Part shown: one piece after another, positions 34,410 through 48,193 of the stretch | How the letters are laid out: each line of letters opens with the position of its first letter | Position numbering within the stretch: position 1 is the first letter of the stretch | Translations under genes and position numbers: made by a program | Notes under the pieces: model-generated | Told to the model about the DNA's origin: nothing | The model's input: only the letters and a program-made list of their open reading frames with translations | Databases searched by the model: none | Assembly: GCA_000708835.1 (NCBI GenBank) | Contig: DF236954.1 | Coordinates: 1 to 64,000 of the forward strand | Source: Klebsormidium nitens | Taxonomy: Eukaryota; Plantae; Klebsormidiophyceae | DNA length: 64,000 bases | Direction: 5' to 3'

Positions 34410-37400
34410 CCTCAGCTCAACCGTCCTCCCTTGGGAGCCAACTTGCCTCCCATCATTCCGAGTCCGAGTCGGCATAGCCATGGCAGCTTCCTGCTGAACC
34501 GCCAGGGCTGGCTTCAAGGGGGGCAACAGATCTGCAGTGCAGGTTTGCTGATAACGGTTTGCTCTCACATCTGGGAGTATGTCTGGCACTCTGAATTCTG
34601 ACCAGGGTGACAGCACTGCAGGGAGCGTCCAGGAGGAGGAGGATGCTCTCAAGGAGGCTGTGCAGCCGGCTCCGACGGTGAGGATGTCCAACAAGGCTTT
34701 GTGAACGTCCCGGAATGTCGGCAAGGGTTGCAGCCGGTCTCTTCTGGTTTTCAGCACAGATTCCTAGAGTTCTTTGTTTCAACCTATTCTGCAGATTATT
34801 CATTTACTCTTGTTTCACCAGTCTGCTATTCTGCCTTGCTGTTGTGTTCCGAGTCAGAGTAGGTTTTCATGCAGCCCTATGTTGTCCAAAAACCAGCAAC
34901 AGGGTCTATAGGAAAGTTCCTTTACATCTTCCCTTTCTATTTACCTGTTGTTGCGTCTTTTCAGAGCTGCCTCACCTTTCTTGCTGGTCATCTTTGCAAG
35001 GGGACTTGAAAAGCGCATGGGTTTCTTTATGTACCTTGTATCGCGCTGGCAAATAAGAGAGGCCTTGTTTTTCTGGATGTCACAACGCATCGAGTAAGCA
35101 TGAAGCTTTGTGTCTGCAGAAAGATTTCTTTACTTCGGAGACCCTGCCTTCCATTACATTCTTGTGCACCAGAGCAGCATATTTTCCTTGTTCAAGAAAC
35201 CGTCAACACCAAGTTTGGAGAGTGGTGCATCTGCTATGAATGAAACTCTGTTCTATATGCAGTTGTTGTCTGCTTACCCTGTCTGCTCTGAAGGTGGAAG
35301 CGCTTGAAAGTGATTTCACTTCCCTGCTTCGCTCAGGCTGGGTTGCTCGATGCCGTCATCCTATCCTCTTGCGTTCACTCCTAAGAGCTGTTCATTGTGG
35401 ATTCGAGTCTGTACCGATACAAAGCTGTAGATTGTTGGAGTCAATGAGAAAAGTTGTATTTCCCTGAGTCTTTGTCATACTTACCCTGTGCAGTCATTTG
35501 ACCTTATCTGTATCACTCTCTTGTTTGATTCCCAGCAAGCAACCAATGCAACAGTTCGGCTTTCATTTTGGTCGCTCTACGCATCCATCTCTAGTAGTGG
35601 TGGTGGAAGCGTGTGCAGCATTTGAGCACCTGACAGAAGAATTTGAGGCTTCCGGTTGATAGCTGGCGAAGTTTTAGCATGGATTTTGTCAAACTTCCAT
35701 TCGTGATGCATCCTTTGAGCCCTATGGTTTTGTCCACAGAGAAGAAACCCTTCATTTGACAATCTGATGAAGTTACGGCGGACTCTGAATAGCGATTCTG
35801 GGATTTGTGTAGCGCAGATACGTTACTTACTCGTCAAGCGGTATGATGACAAACTGCAATTGCTTGCAGAATCACCAAAGGAGCTCTCCTGCTTCTGAGG
35901 AGTCCAGTCAGGTCACTGAAGAACCAGAGCAGCACACGTCGTCGGCAGTCTATCAGCCGGGAGCGGCTTCAACAAGCAGCCAGTTGACAAGTGGCATGGA
36001 TGGAAGGTAGGCAAAACGTCTTCAACTTGGTGCGCCCATTCTTATTGTTCTTGGCCCTCGTTTCGGACTGGTTTTTTCATGTCTCACCAAGAACTATGCT
36101 TGCAGTGACATGGCATGCTTGGGGAGCTACAGATTGCATCAATCCAATGTGCAACTCACCTACCTGTTCCATAAAGCTCGAGGGCCCATGTTTGAGAACT
36201 CTTCTCACCTTGAAAGCTGTGAACTTATGGCAACATAGTTTTCAGTGATGCAGTGCACCATGTCTTTAGTCTGCATGGCGCAAACGTTTCAAAATGAATC
36301 GAGAGATCTGCCGAGCTGCAGTCTTTGAAACTTTATGGTGACATCTTTCAGGTTTTGAACAAAACGCCTGCCATTGCTCTGTTCTACCAGGCCTCTGTTC
36401 AGTATCCAGACTTTCACATGCATGCCAGTCCATTGGCGGTCTTTTTTTTTTCCCCATGCTGTTCTCGTCAAAATTTAGAGGATTCAAGTGCTGAAAGGGG
36501 CTTTTAGGGTTTTTTAACAGGGGGCCATGGGGTTTTAAAGGAAGGGTTCTGCTTGCACTGGGGTAATACTATCATCGCTCTTGTTGCGTGTTGGACATCT
36601 CTGACGCAGGCATGCCTTACACAGCACTTTCTTCCTCGCAGGCTAGAGTCGTCTGCCAACAAAAGCGCGCCCCTCTCCCGCACTCCTTCGCCTGGCGTCG
36701 GCCCTCCGGACAAATCTCGCTCCCCCCCCTTCGAGCTGAAGTCGAGCCTGCCCAAGCGCGGAAGCAGCCGCCCCCCGGGCTCGAGCGGGCCTCCCTCTGA
36801 AGGACACACTACCCCCCCACTGCAGCAGCTGCGCAACTCCGGCTACCAGCAGGATCAACCCCCCAGAGGCGCTTACCACCCCCCAGAACAGTTCGGGGTT
36901 ATGCCGCAGGGCCCACGAGGGCCTGCCGGGGGGGTGGGAGTAGGCCACGGGTGGCTGGCGAAGGAGCATCAGCTACCCCCCCACCAAGAGATGGCGCGTG
37001 GTTGGCCTCAAGCGGGGGCCCATGGGGCGCATGGTTACTATGAGCAGCCGCGGTACAGCCCCCCTGGCACGGAAAACGACATGCACTACGCTGTTCATGG
37101 AGGGGATCACGGGGGGTACCAGGGGCTGAGGCCACCAATTGGAATGTATGACGACCATGGTATGCATGGTGAGGAACGTGATTTGATCATTTGTTCCCAA
37201 GTTGCATTTGCATTGTTGATTTGCTAGGGGGTCCTGGTTTCTTGTTCACAAGGAAGTTGGGAGTTGGTTCTGGAAGGGGTTTGTTCAAGTTGCAGGTAGT
37301 TCAAATCAACCCGCTTGGTAGCCTCTCTTTGATGCTGAGCAGTAGCTTTTACGATGTGAATTTTAGAGGACTGCAGTAGGTCAGTTTTCAAATTTTGATT

Positions 37401-40400
37401 GCAAAGATTTGTTTGTGGAGGTTGATGTTCCAAGGTTGTTGGAAGCCTGCTCAATTCTCTTAACAAGCACTGTTTTCGGTTGAGAAGATGGTTGTTTATC
37501 AGACTTACCATTCTTTGACATGCAGATGAGATAGTGTCTGAACACAAAAAGAAAGGCCAAGAGACTGCATATCCTCGAGTACACCTCTTTTTTTGAGACT
37601 GCCGAAGGCTGTCTCTGTCAGTCATTGTTAGCAGGGATTGTTCCAACCGGCAGGAGTTAATACTGGGTGTGTTCACACAGAAGTCGCAGCCTTATTAAGG
37701 TGCCAGTTTTGGTTTGAAAACAGGGACGGATGTGGGATTGCTAGTATTTTTTCATAAGTGAAATTCTTGACGAGAAGAAAATAAAACTAACAAAACGGCA
37801 GTGGCGTTTCTTGCAGGCAACTACCAGTACCCCCCCGACAGCCAGGGCCTCCCCTACAACAAGCAGCACATGCAGCCCATTGCTCCCAACCGCATGCACA
37901 TGCACGGCGGCATGTACAACCAGCCAAAGGGACACCGCGGGCGCTCCTACAATCCGGGCAGGGTTCACCCTGATTACCCTGTGGAGCAAGTCGACCCCCA
38001 TATGGCACGCGCACATCAGGAAATGCTCGCTCAGCAGCAGCAGCAGCAGGTGAGCTGCGGGCCACTTCGTCCTCCTCCGTTTTGGTTTGCTCTTTTCCGT
38101 GTGTGCTTGAAGTCTCATCTGACTTTCAGAAGTTTTGATTCTTGCCCTTGAGTTGGTTGGCTGCCGTCATTGATCTTTGTTGTGGAAGTGTACATGCGTT
38201 GGTTTGTTGTGCTTCAGATATCTTTTCCGCGATTTGAAGTTTCCAAACAGATGCTTCGCGGCGTAAGTAAGAGTACCTGGGGGAAAGTCACATATTCGAT
38301 ATTGGATCTGGTCTTGAACTGATTTGTTCTCTTACCATCTGAAAGTGATGGTAATCATCACTTTCATCTTTAAAACCTTAGTTGTGAACCCCGAAAATGA
38401 TTGCTGAAGGGCGATTGCCAATCCGTTTGCAGATACGGGGCCAGGCCCCCCAGAACATGCAGCGCGGCGCATACCGTGGCCAGCGCGACGGCGGCCATGG
38501 CATTGATAAGCAATTTGACGGCATGCGCCTCGACCAAGGGGGCCCCAAGAGCAGCTCGGGACTTGACGTGCACGCTCCGGAGTACGGGGGCGGCAAGAAG
38601 TACTCCCCTCCTAACCAGGTTAGTAATCAAGGGTCATCTTATTCCCTCACATTGTCCTTTCTTTTGTCATCGCATCTCTTAGTTGCCACCCCGTTTCTGA
38701 GAATGGAAGCTTTCATCTTCGTTTTTGAGCACTGCCGGGTGTAACCCCGATCTTCTCTTGTCTGCTGAATCCCGATCCAAGCATAAAGGTACATAGATGC
38801 AAATGCTGATTTCTGCTCCCCTTTTTTCATCCAGGAGTTCCTCAACTTCTCCCCCGGGAACGAGGAGTATCTGAGCCCGTCGGGTGCGGGCTCCCGCGTT
38901 CCCCCCTCCGAGAACGCCAAGCGTGACGGCTCGAGGAGCGTTCTTGGTTGCATCGGAGACGGGCGCAGGGGCAGTTCCGGCACGGAGTCGGAGGGAGGGG
39001 GAGACTTGCAGGCCCCCAGCGCCTCGCGTCCGGGCACCTCTCAAAAGGGGGGGTCTGGAATGAACAGGACCGGGGGGGAGGAAAAAGGTGGGGAAGGGTA
39101 CGAGAAGGCGGCCAAGATGAGCTGGGCGAGCGTGATGGCGAACGGCATGGCCAAGGACGATGAGAAGAAGAGCGACTCGGAGGACGGGGAGCCGAACCTG
39201 GAGGACAAGAACTGGGTGGAGAAGACGATCTCCAAGCAACAGAGGGAGGTGAGAGTTGAGATTAAGTGGAGGCGCTTTGGGGCTAAGGTTTTTTCTAAAG
39301 ATCTGGTGGAGTCGGTCCCAGGGAATTAGTCTGACAGGCGTTCAGTGACTGCAAATCCTGGCAGGTGAAGCTTTCAAGTGCCGAAGGTTTCTGACGGGTT
39401 GGCTGAAAGTGCATGGTACTCTATGCGGGTTTCCTGGCCTGGATACGAGATCCCCCGACTTGGTGTACTGAAGTTGGAAAGTGCAGAGATGTGTTAACGA
39501 AACGCAGCCTTATGTGTTGGCGACAATCGAAGGCTCACACACATGGCGTCCAACGAAAGCGCTATCTCTTCTGGTCCTCGCTCTACTTAGCTCCCGTCTT
39601 CAAGTTCTTTCACTAAGCGTTACTTCTGTGCTGCAGAATGAGCAGCTCCAGGCAGCGGCTATCAAGCTGGCGCAGACAGTGGTCAACTACGAGATGCGCC
39701 AAGGAAAGGTGAGATGCTTGGCCGGGCAGGAGGGTTCCCCATCACCCGACAAGGGCACAGCTCGTTGTGGCCTTCTGTGAAGTTGCCTGATGCTGGCTTT
39801 ACCATGTTGCGACCAGATTTTACAGTCTGTACGAACATGCTTGGCTTTACGAACATGTTTCGATTTTCAAAAGAATCAGGGCGGAAGGGACTCCGATATT
39901 TTGTGTCTAGCTCTGAAAGTCAGCCTTTCTCAACGGGATGCTTCGGAAGAGGCTATTGGTTCGGGAAAGGGGTTTGATGAGGTTGAGATTATAGTTACTC
40001 ACAGCCCTTTCGTGATCGGTGGAACTGTTGGATTCGGAGCCAGCAGTCGACCCGGCAGTAATCACATTGGCTGAATCCAAATAAGACCGAGGCCCTGAGT
40101 GTTATCAAAGCCCTCATTCTAGGCGGTTGACAAGGTCAACTTGGTGGAGAGGTTGGAGCTGCAAGCCCTGCGCTTGCACCTACTCTTGAACATACATCCC
40201 GATCCCACTGCTTCGGACCGATCTCTGAACCCCCCGTTTCTTGATACAGGCGGCCGGCGCGGACAAGCCGAGTGTGGAGATGGAGCTGCAGGGGCTGAAC
40301 GGGACCCACTTCGCCAAGGGCGCGCCAATCTGCGTCCACTTTCTGCAGCACGGGCAGTGCACGTGGAAGAGCCGCAGCTGCCCCAACAGTGACACGCACC

Positions 40401-40477
40401 ACTGCGGGCGGTGCGGGGGGCCTCACGGGACCAAGGCTCACTCGTACCTGCTCAAAGTCCTGGACCAAATGCGCTAG
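34410..40477 (+). CDS. Multi-exon low-complexity G/P/H/Q/Y-rich protein with a C-terminal Cys/His zinc-finger module; start codon unresolved
   Basis: GC-rich exons with GT-AG boundaries at ~34622-34678, ~35870-36007, ~36643-37168, ~37817-38049, ~38432-38617, ~38835-39247, ~39638-39709 and 40250-40477. Contains poly-Q and PPGY-rich segments and ends GAPICVHFLQHGQCTWKSRSCPNSDTHHCGRCGGPHGTKAH...MR*. Confidence 0.7.
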
Positions 40478-42764
40478 GGGCAGGGGGATACGGGGTTGGG
40501 GGACAGGTTTGATGGGCGCTTTTCGAAGTGCGGGCAGAGGAGGGTTTTGGGAGGGTTGCGATGTCTGTGGGTAGAGAGTGGACCGACGTGAGGGAGGCGT
40601 GCGGTTACAGCGGTATGGAGCGGGTTTACAGAGCGACTAAAATCGAGAACGAGGAGTGTGCGGAACTGGAAGTGTGTTTGAGAGAGAGTCTCGGGGGGCC
40701 CGCGACGGAGCGGATGAGAGGCGGCGCAAGTTGCGGGGCGGTCACGAGAAGAAGCTGAACGAAAGAAGCGATTGTGAAGCGACACGGGAGCCACTGGCGG
40801 GAGTTGGGTGCTGTGTTTGTAGAAAGCCTGCGGGCGGGCAGGCGGGTAGGCTGTGGGTGGCGACGGTTCTTTTATCGGGGGGCTTTTTGTTAGGGACAGG
40901 AGATTGCGTCTGTCGTGAGACCAGGGGGGCCTAGTCGGAGTGAGGCTACGGGGTACCGAATCGGCGAACGCGACGCTCGGAGGGTCTGTTCAGCGGCCAG
41001 GAGGATCACAGATGCGGGAGGAGTTGCGCGCGCGCCCGCAGGCATTCTCGTCCGAAGGGGTGCCCGTTTTACGACAGCGCATGGTTGGAGGGGGGTGTTT
41101 CAGCAGGCGATGTGAAACAGGGGGTGCTTTGAGGACAGCCAACAGAAATTGAACGAAGGAATGGGCAGTCGGCGTTCGATTGTCTTCGGGTGAGCGAATC
41201 AGCGGGCGGGGGGGGAGCCTGCTGTAGCTCCGGCGGACTGTCGGGATTCGGCAGCCGGTGTCCGGGGCTCAGGTTTCAGTTGGGCGGACACGCAGCACAA
41301 TTTTGGTAAGGAAGAGAGAAGATTCAGGGGCGGCAGAACAGGCAGGGAGGCAGGGGTGAATGCCGGTACAAGCACGTTGTACATACTGTACTCTGCGAGC
41401 ATGCTGCGGCAGAAACTGGCGTGCCCCTGCCCGGGTTTGATTTGGACCGTCAAAAGAGAGACGCCGGCTCAGTAGCAATACACGCGTTTGGTTTAGCTAG
41501 AACATTAGCCAGCTTACAGCCCCAGGCCAGTTGGGCTTCCGTCGTAGTGTCGGAGCCAGGCCTCGAATTTCCCCAAGCAGCCTGTGAGATGAGCCCTTGC
41601 ATGGTTGGCGGCACCCAACCTGGGGTTCGGTACTCGTCTTCCTAGGACCGGTTCAGAACCTGACGATGTGCAAGAGTGCTTCGGGCCCCAAATCAGCCAA
41701 CAGCGGAACGCTGGTTGCAAGGTCGAGTAGGACGTTAGGCTCGTCAAGCTATCTATGCTAAGAAGTTGATCAGCAAAGGCGATGAAGATAGGTAAAACTC
41801 CTGCATTTAGGACGATAACGGTTGCTATGGGGCATCTTCTGCTCTTGAATTCCATATGCAAGCACGGTTGAGATATAGTAGTCTGGATTTGCGGCGATCC
41901 TTTTGCTTTGAGTCAACTTGAAGTTTGACTATGGTACTAAAATTTATGCTCTTATTGTACCGTCTGAAGGCACTTCAGCTTAGTTTGAGGCACGGCAGCT
42001 TGCGCCGCGTGACCAGCATGGCATGAGAATGTTGATTGCGACGTGATTGCATCGCAGAATGCTGGTTGCACATGCCCAGCGGCGGCGCGCCACACAAAAG
42101 AATGTGACTCTGTTCTGTCTGGCCCTAGCTGCCACATGTATATCTGATTGCTGGCATGACTTGGATCGACGGTGTGCTCAAGCTCGGGCCGCCACTGCAT
42201 ATGTGTGTTGTCTTGCAATGGTGATTTGTAATGTGCTACAACGGTATACGAGCGCAAATGCGCTGCATGCACCACTCAACCAATTGCATTCAATGATCAT
42301 GCATCCATACCTGGCCGGCATGCATATTGTTTGGCCGATTAATGTCTAAAGCAGAGCATGTCTGCGCAAGAATGCGCGCGCACACATACATGTGATGTAG
42401 TCCAAGAGACATTAAAAGACAATGTTCGATGCATGTGCGTCAGTTTATGTAGTCGATTTGCATCATACAATGCGCGCTCACCAGGCTACATTGTACTACC
42501 TAGTATCGCATTATGATAGCGACGTCCTGCCCTCTCCGAACCTTGAAGTCGAAAGCTCGCTCAAAACAGCTTTCCCACTTTTGAACAACCAGCATAAACA
42601 CACTAGGTGTAACATGCAAATGACGTCTGAAGGCCTCAGCTGATGTGTAGCAGCAGTCAGGCGCGTGTCTGTACAATCAAAGTATTTGGTTATATTAGAT
42701 CAATACATGAGAGCCTATCACCCCGCAACGTTCTCATTGACGCACCAACGCAGTAAAGCTTGGG

Positions 42765-45700
42765 CTATGGGCAAACGTGGCATGGTTCATTGCGGCGCCT
42801 ATCCTTCGCAAAAAGCTTCTCAAGAAGTATCTGGCGGTCTTCCTCGGTAGGTTCTTCTTTAATCAGCCGCTCCCTTAGAAGCCATGCTTCTGACCGAGTG
42901 CTGTCGCCAACAACCTGTAAAGTAGGGCACACGCTTCACCAGAGGACCGTGCAGCCAAAAGCTCCTTACTATGTTCTAAGTGACACGATTATGGAAAAAA
43001 AAACGAATACTTTTGGACAAGATTACGTAACGGTCAAAAAGGACGAGATGCCCGATGCACAGAAGCGATCCGTGTAGCAGCATGAGGCCCCGTGCCGGAT
43101 TCGAGGCCAGCTTTGACAATGGACACACAATCCGATTAAAGTGTTTTACTTCTGCGCAGAGTGTGACCGCCAACAACGACGGTTGCCATTTGAAGATACG
43201 AGCGTTTGCAGAAATGCTTCCACAGGTCAGATACCACCCGCTTCTGAATCCCAGCCACCATAATGTGAACTCGTGCTTCGTCGTGCGTCCAATTACTCCG
43301 TAGCATGATTTTCGGGGGGTTCGGCGTGCTGACATTAGCCAGATTAAGCACCTGGCGCGCTCACCTGGACGAAATTGTTGACATTGCCCATGTTGTCCGG
43401 CCGTGTCAGGGGGCTGTCCGGGTTGTACGTCCAGTGGCCGTCCACAATGAACTTGTATTGGTACCGCCCCGCCTGAAAAGCGACGAGCCTGAGTGAGAAG
43501 ACTTCGCCTCGAACCGCCCGAGGAAGGCGGGGCCAACTGTCGCAGAACCGTCAAAGAACCCCCTCCTTTTGAGATCGCCTGACACCCACCGTCTCACACG
43601 CATGGACAGACAAGATGATTGAGACCTTTTCCCAGAGCGCTGACCCGTAAATTTGAAGACGTGCAGCTGGCCGGTGCACCAGCTTTCGAGAAGCATTTGC
43701 TGAACCGAAAGTCCGCTCAGATGAGATTGAAAACCAGAGTGCAGCGCCATGGTCGACCCTTGCGTTCCGCTCCATTCCTTAGAGACAGCACGCAACGGTC
43801 GGCCGTCGCAGATGAGGTACGCCCTGATGGAAACTTCAATACGGCGAAGGCCTACGAAAGTGGTTCTTCGAGGAAGGAAGGAACCGCGGTGGGCATCATA
43901 TTGTCAGAAAAGAATCTTGACACGGATCGCAGAGGACAGAAGTACGGAGACGAGACCAGGTTCTTACGGGCAGCAACCGCTCCAGGATCCATCGCCCGTC
44001 CTTCCTTTCCAGCTGCAGCCGCCCCCCCCAGCCGACGTCGAGTCCCGCCACCTCGACCGTTTTCGGCACGCCCCCCGACCGCCAGACTATCGTCACGGGC
44101 TCCTTCGACCCCCCCGAAATGACGTCGCACGTCGCGGCCCGGATGGACTCGAGCTTCGGGTGGCATGGTCGCACTTCTTGCAGCCGCGCGTTGGCCTCAG
44201 CGAGAGTGAAGCCGCGGAGCCAATGCATGTAAGCGAGCTGTGAAGAAACGATAGACATTCATTCTTCAGGAGCGGAAGAGGGTTAGTCCTGTTTGTCAGC
44301 AAGGGATCGTGATGTAGCATGGACGTCTGACCTTCTTTATCGGTTTTGGTTGATCGAGAATGAGGCTTAGCTTTCGTTGCATTTCCGGGGCGACTCGTCC
44401 AACAGGGTTCGGAGGAAAGCTTGCGCAAAGCACAGACTCCTATTAGTCAAGAGGCGAACTGAGAAGCTCGCTTTTAGGAACTTTTCGTGTCTTCTCTTGC
44501 GTGTGAGCGCTGAAATCTGAGCTGAGCTTAGAAGGGGACACTGAGTCAGTGTATTCATCCGACGGAAGCGACTTACACTCGGAAGGGAAGAGACCGAGTC
44601 CAAAACGTCCCGTCGAGGAGAGCGGCTGACAGTCGTTCTTTGCATCCAAATTTCCGACCATAGGGAAGAATACCATCAAAATGATGGACCCCAAAGTGAT
44701 GCTAATGTTCTCCCGAAGCTAATGAAGAAAAGTAATTTGGCTCTACGGCTCGACAGAAGATAGACGGGGTTTGGAAAGAGCAAAACACTGACGGATGGAA
44801 GACTCACAGCCACTCCGGGTGCCCGGCCGAGCCCCGCAGTACAGTGGATGTACACGGTCTTTCCTTTGCACCGTTCAAACGCCTCGTGAACGGTCTGCAC
44901 CGCGTCTGGCAAGCACATCCGCAAGTCGAACGGGTCGAAGTCCCTGTCAAAGAAGGTGCAAGCGAATCAGACTCGTTTTTGGCTTATTTTTAACCCGATC
45001 CTCCTGCGTCAACTTTCTTTTGCTTCTGCGACGTTGAGGATACTCGATACACGAGGATAGAATCCTGTATGCTTCTGGACGGAAACATTGGCGTCCACTA
45101 AGCACGCCGAAAAAGGAAGACCCATACCGTACACGAGATGTGCCTACATGCAACAAGCAGATTTTCTCACGTGGCTGTACATGATCGAGAAACTGGACTC
45201 GAGCGTCCACGAAATCTGGACGATCCACACCATCCTCCTCACCTCTTTTCTTGGGGCTATTCTCAATCCGCAAGCTGCAGGAACGTGTTCAGAACGATTC
45301 AGACACTTGATCTGCAAGGAGAAATAGGATCGAACGCCTCTCTCATAGTCCGAACAAGGAACACGGACCTGATAGGCGATCGGATGTGCTCGACGTCCTT
45401 TCGTTCTGCGCAGCGCCGCTGAATGGCCCCCAAATCCAGGCTGAAATAGGCCAGGTCGGGGTCCTGCTGTAAGCAGATGATCGCTCCGACGTTTTCTTCC
45501 TCCACCAGCCGGTCAACATCCGCCGGTTTCTGGAAGAGAGAAGAGTGCGAAAACAGTTTGTTTCAGGCATCATAGAAGGTATCGCAGAAAGATGGGGATA
45601 CTTCCAATACGAAAACTGGAACAAATGATGTCCTTTGCCTGGACTTTGCAGTGAAATGAACGACACTTGCTGAATGAAATCTTTTTATCGGTCACTTGAA

Positions 45701-46886
45701 CGTCTTCAGTCTTTGAGGATATGATTGTACTGAAAGAGCAACTCTGCTTGAGTAAATCATCTAGAGGCAATTCTCAGGAAAGCATGTCAAAAGTCGGAAG
45801 TCAAGCTCCGTGCTTTGCTATTGAAACATGAGTTGGCCCATTCGAGGGCCAGAAATGATTTGAAAACATGAAGTGAACGATCTCACCTGAAGGCAAGATC
45901 CGACGATGAGGTCGGGCAACACGTGTGCAAAATTCATCCCCAACTCGTGCCGGTAAGTAAGTGCTGCAAACAGGGCAGAAAATATCAGTACAAGCTCAGA
46001 TCCTGAAGCTCAACCAATGACAGAGACCGATTCTTAGTGTGCTTAACACGCAGTCAACTACCAAGGTACAGTCAGGAACGCTGGCTGAAGTGTTATCAAC
46101 TTCACTGCTCGCTGGTTCCAAGTATTTACCCTTTGCCTTGCTCCTAGATAGTAAACAATCCTTACCAGTCCCCATGGTCTGCTGCATCGTTTTCGAGTAC
46201 TCGTCCGTCTTTGCTGCATCATCCTTCTTGCTCCCAGCCGCAGCAGCGGCTGCCGTTGCATCAGCCTGAGCAATGGGAAGAGCGTCACTGACTTCCAACC
46301 TAAACATACAAAACTCAGTCTGCTACTTTGAACGTTGGACCAAGCTAAAGAAGACGTACCTCCAGCAGTATCTGTCGAAGAAGCTTCTATGAAGGCCATG
46401 AAAGGATTCCAAATCCCCATTAAAATTGACATTCGAATGCACCAGCACAGATTCAAGCAACCTACTGGACACCACTTGTCCGATATACTTTGATACAACA
46501 ACATTTTGGAGGGGCATGTGTAAAAGCACAGTGGGAGTTCTCACCTGCAAGGCTTGCTGTGTGTCTTTTGGCGCCTCACGCTCGGCAGCAGGGGCTGGCA
46601 TTGCTGCCATGGGAGGGGCTTGCTTGTACATCAGTTTCTGCAAATGTGCTGGAGTACGCCACCCAGGATTCGTCCACGTTCGTGAATTTCCGGCTACAAG
46701 GGCCCTTGAGAGAGGGGGCTCAGGCGTACCAGATGGCAAGCTGCCCCGAGCTACTAATTGCTTGCAACAGCGCCTTGGTAGTCTGCTCTTAGCTGCGTCA
46801 AGATGGCCTGCTTGTGGCAACCCAAAGGTTGGACGTAGATCAGCAGTAGTGCTATTCGCCCACCCACTCAGTTGCAAATTGCTCAA
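42765..46886 (-). CDS. SEX4: Phosphoglucan phosphatase SEX4/DSP4 (dual-specificity phosphatase plus CBM48); 5' exons may extend to ~47650
   Basis: Exons encode [23 protein letters not shown]...[31 protein letters not shown]...[12 protein letters not shown] (catalytic HCxxGxxR), LAYMHW...[12 protein letters not shown]...GLDVGWG and [13 protein letters not shown]...GNVNN. Confidence 0.92.
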
Positions 46887-48193
46887 TCTGCAGTAAAGTG
46901 AAGTTCACGTTAGAGCCAGGGAACTTTAAAATACAATGTGATGTGATTCTTCGCACTTGCATATGTCAAAGTTTCTGAGAGGAGGTTACTTGCAGAATCT
47001 GCATGTGTTCACATGCTGGAGTTCACGTACGCAGCTGCAAAGGAACCCAGGGCTAAGTAACCATCCCCATTGCAAGTACAATTCAAAATAAACTATCCAC
47101 TTGTCGGATCCAAGTACTTGAGTCACCTGTTCTTGATCTCCATTCTTAAAAGAGGCCAGTGCATGGAACAATTTGCACTCTACTGCCAGCGTTTTCAAAT
47201 CTTCAGGAAGACCGGACCAAAATGTAAATCCAATGCAAGAGGCAATTTTCACCTTGGTCGCATCGCCGTCTGTTGACTCCATGCCATCTTTGTCCCACCC
47301 TAACCGGTCAAGAAGCTGAAGCGGCGGGTGGCCCACGTTGTTCTGCAAGTGCGATCCAGAAAGATCCACACACAACGTTGGCTTGCAATTGTGGTCCAAG
47401 TAGATCACAGATCAAGGCACCACGCGTCCTTCTCTATTTCCTTGGGATCCCCACAAATCAGTTCATCAACCTTCAAACAAAGGCCGGAGAACGGAGAGTC
47501 GAACCTGAGGACCTTCCCCTGCGAAAAGATGGCATTGGTAGATCTTTGACTTCTGCCTCTTTGACTCGACGACTCTTTCGAGCCAGTCTTCACCGTCTTG
47601 CAGAGGTGCTTGCAGGAGGGGAGTGGGAAGGCCGGAGGCGGACTCGAAGTCATGATGGACTCGGAGTCAGAAAGTGTGTTTCGCTTAACCTCCCCGCCGT
47701 TATCAAACTTTGGCTGCTCCAGTGTGCGGTTTTGAAGGTAACCTTGATGTGGCGTTTCGATGTCGAAACATGGGGTTTAGGGTTTCAGGCTCATGACCTC
47801 TCCACTTTCGCGACCCAGCTTGAACTTGAAGTCGAACTTGGAAATCGCACATGCATGGGCGCTCTGCTTGCTGCTCGCAAAGTTGGACTTCTGCAAGTTC
47901 TGGACAGTAAAAGTTTGTGCGCACGCCAGGATACAGGCTACAGCGTCATTGCTTGCTGGGAGGCCTTCCAGAGGTCCCTCGACGCACCTCTTTGGCGCTT
48001 TTAAAGTTTGAACGTCCGGCACTGGGTTTGGGCGCACCAGACTAGGAGCTACACCTTGCTGAACCTGGTAAAGGCACACGGCTTGTGTACCCGTTTCGCA
48101 GCCCTGATGCTTGTTGCTTATGCAATAAGGAGCTCTCATTGAGACCAGGATCACAGGGGGCCTGCATGCCCTTAGTGGGGGAAACCCCGGGGT

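Noticed and set aside
34480-34542. ATG GCA GCT TCC TGC TGA ACC... as in-frame UGA readthrough or selenocysteine
   Set aside because: An alternative open frame (LNRPPLG...QICSAG) splices in phase using the 34622 acceptor, and no SECIS evidence was found.
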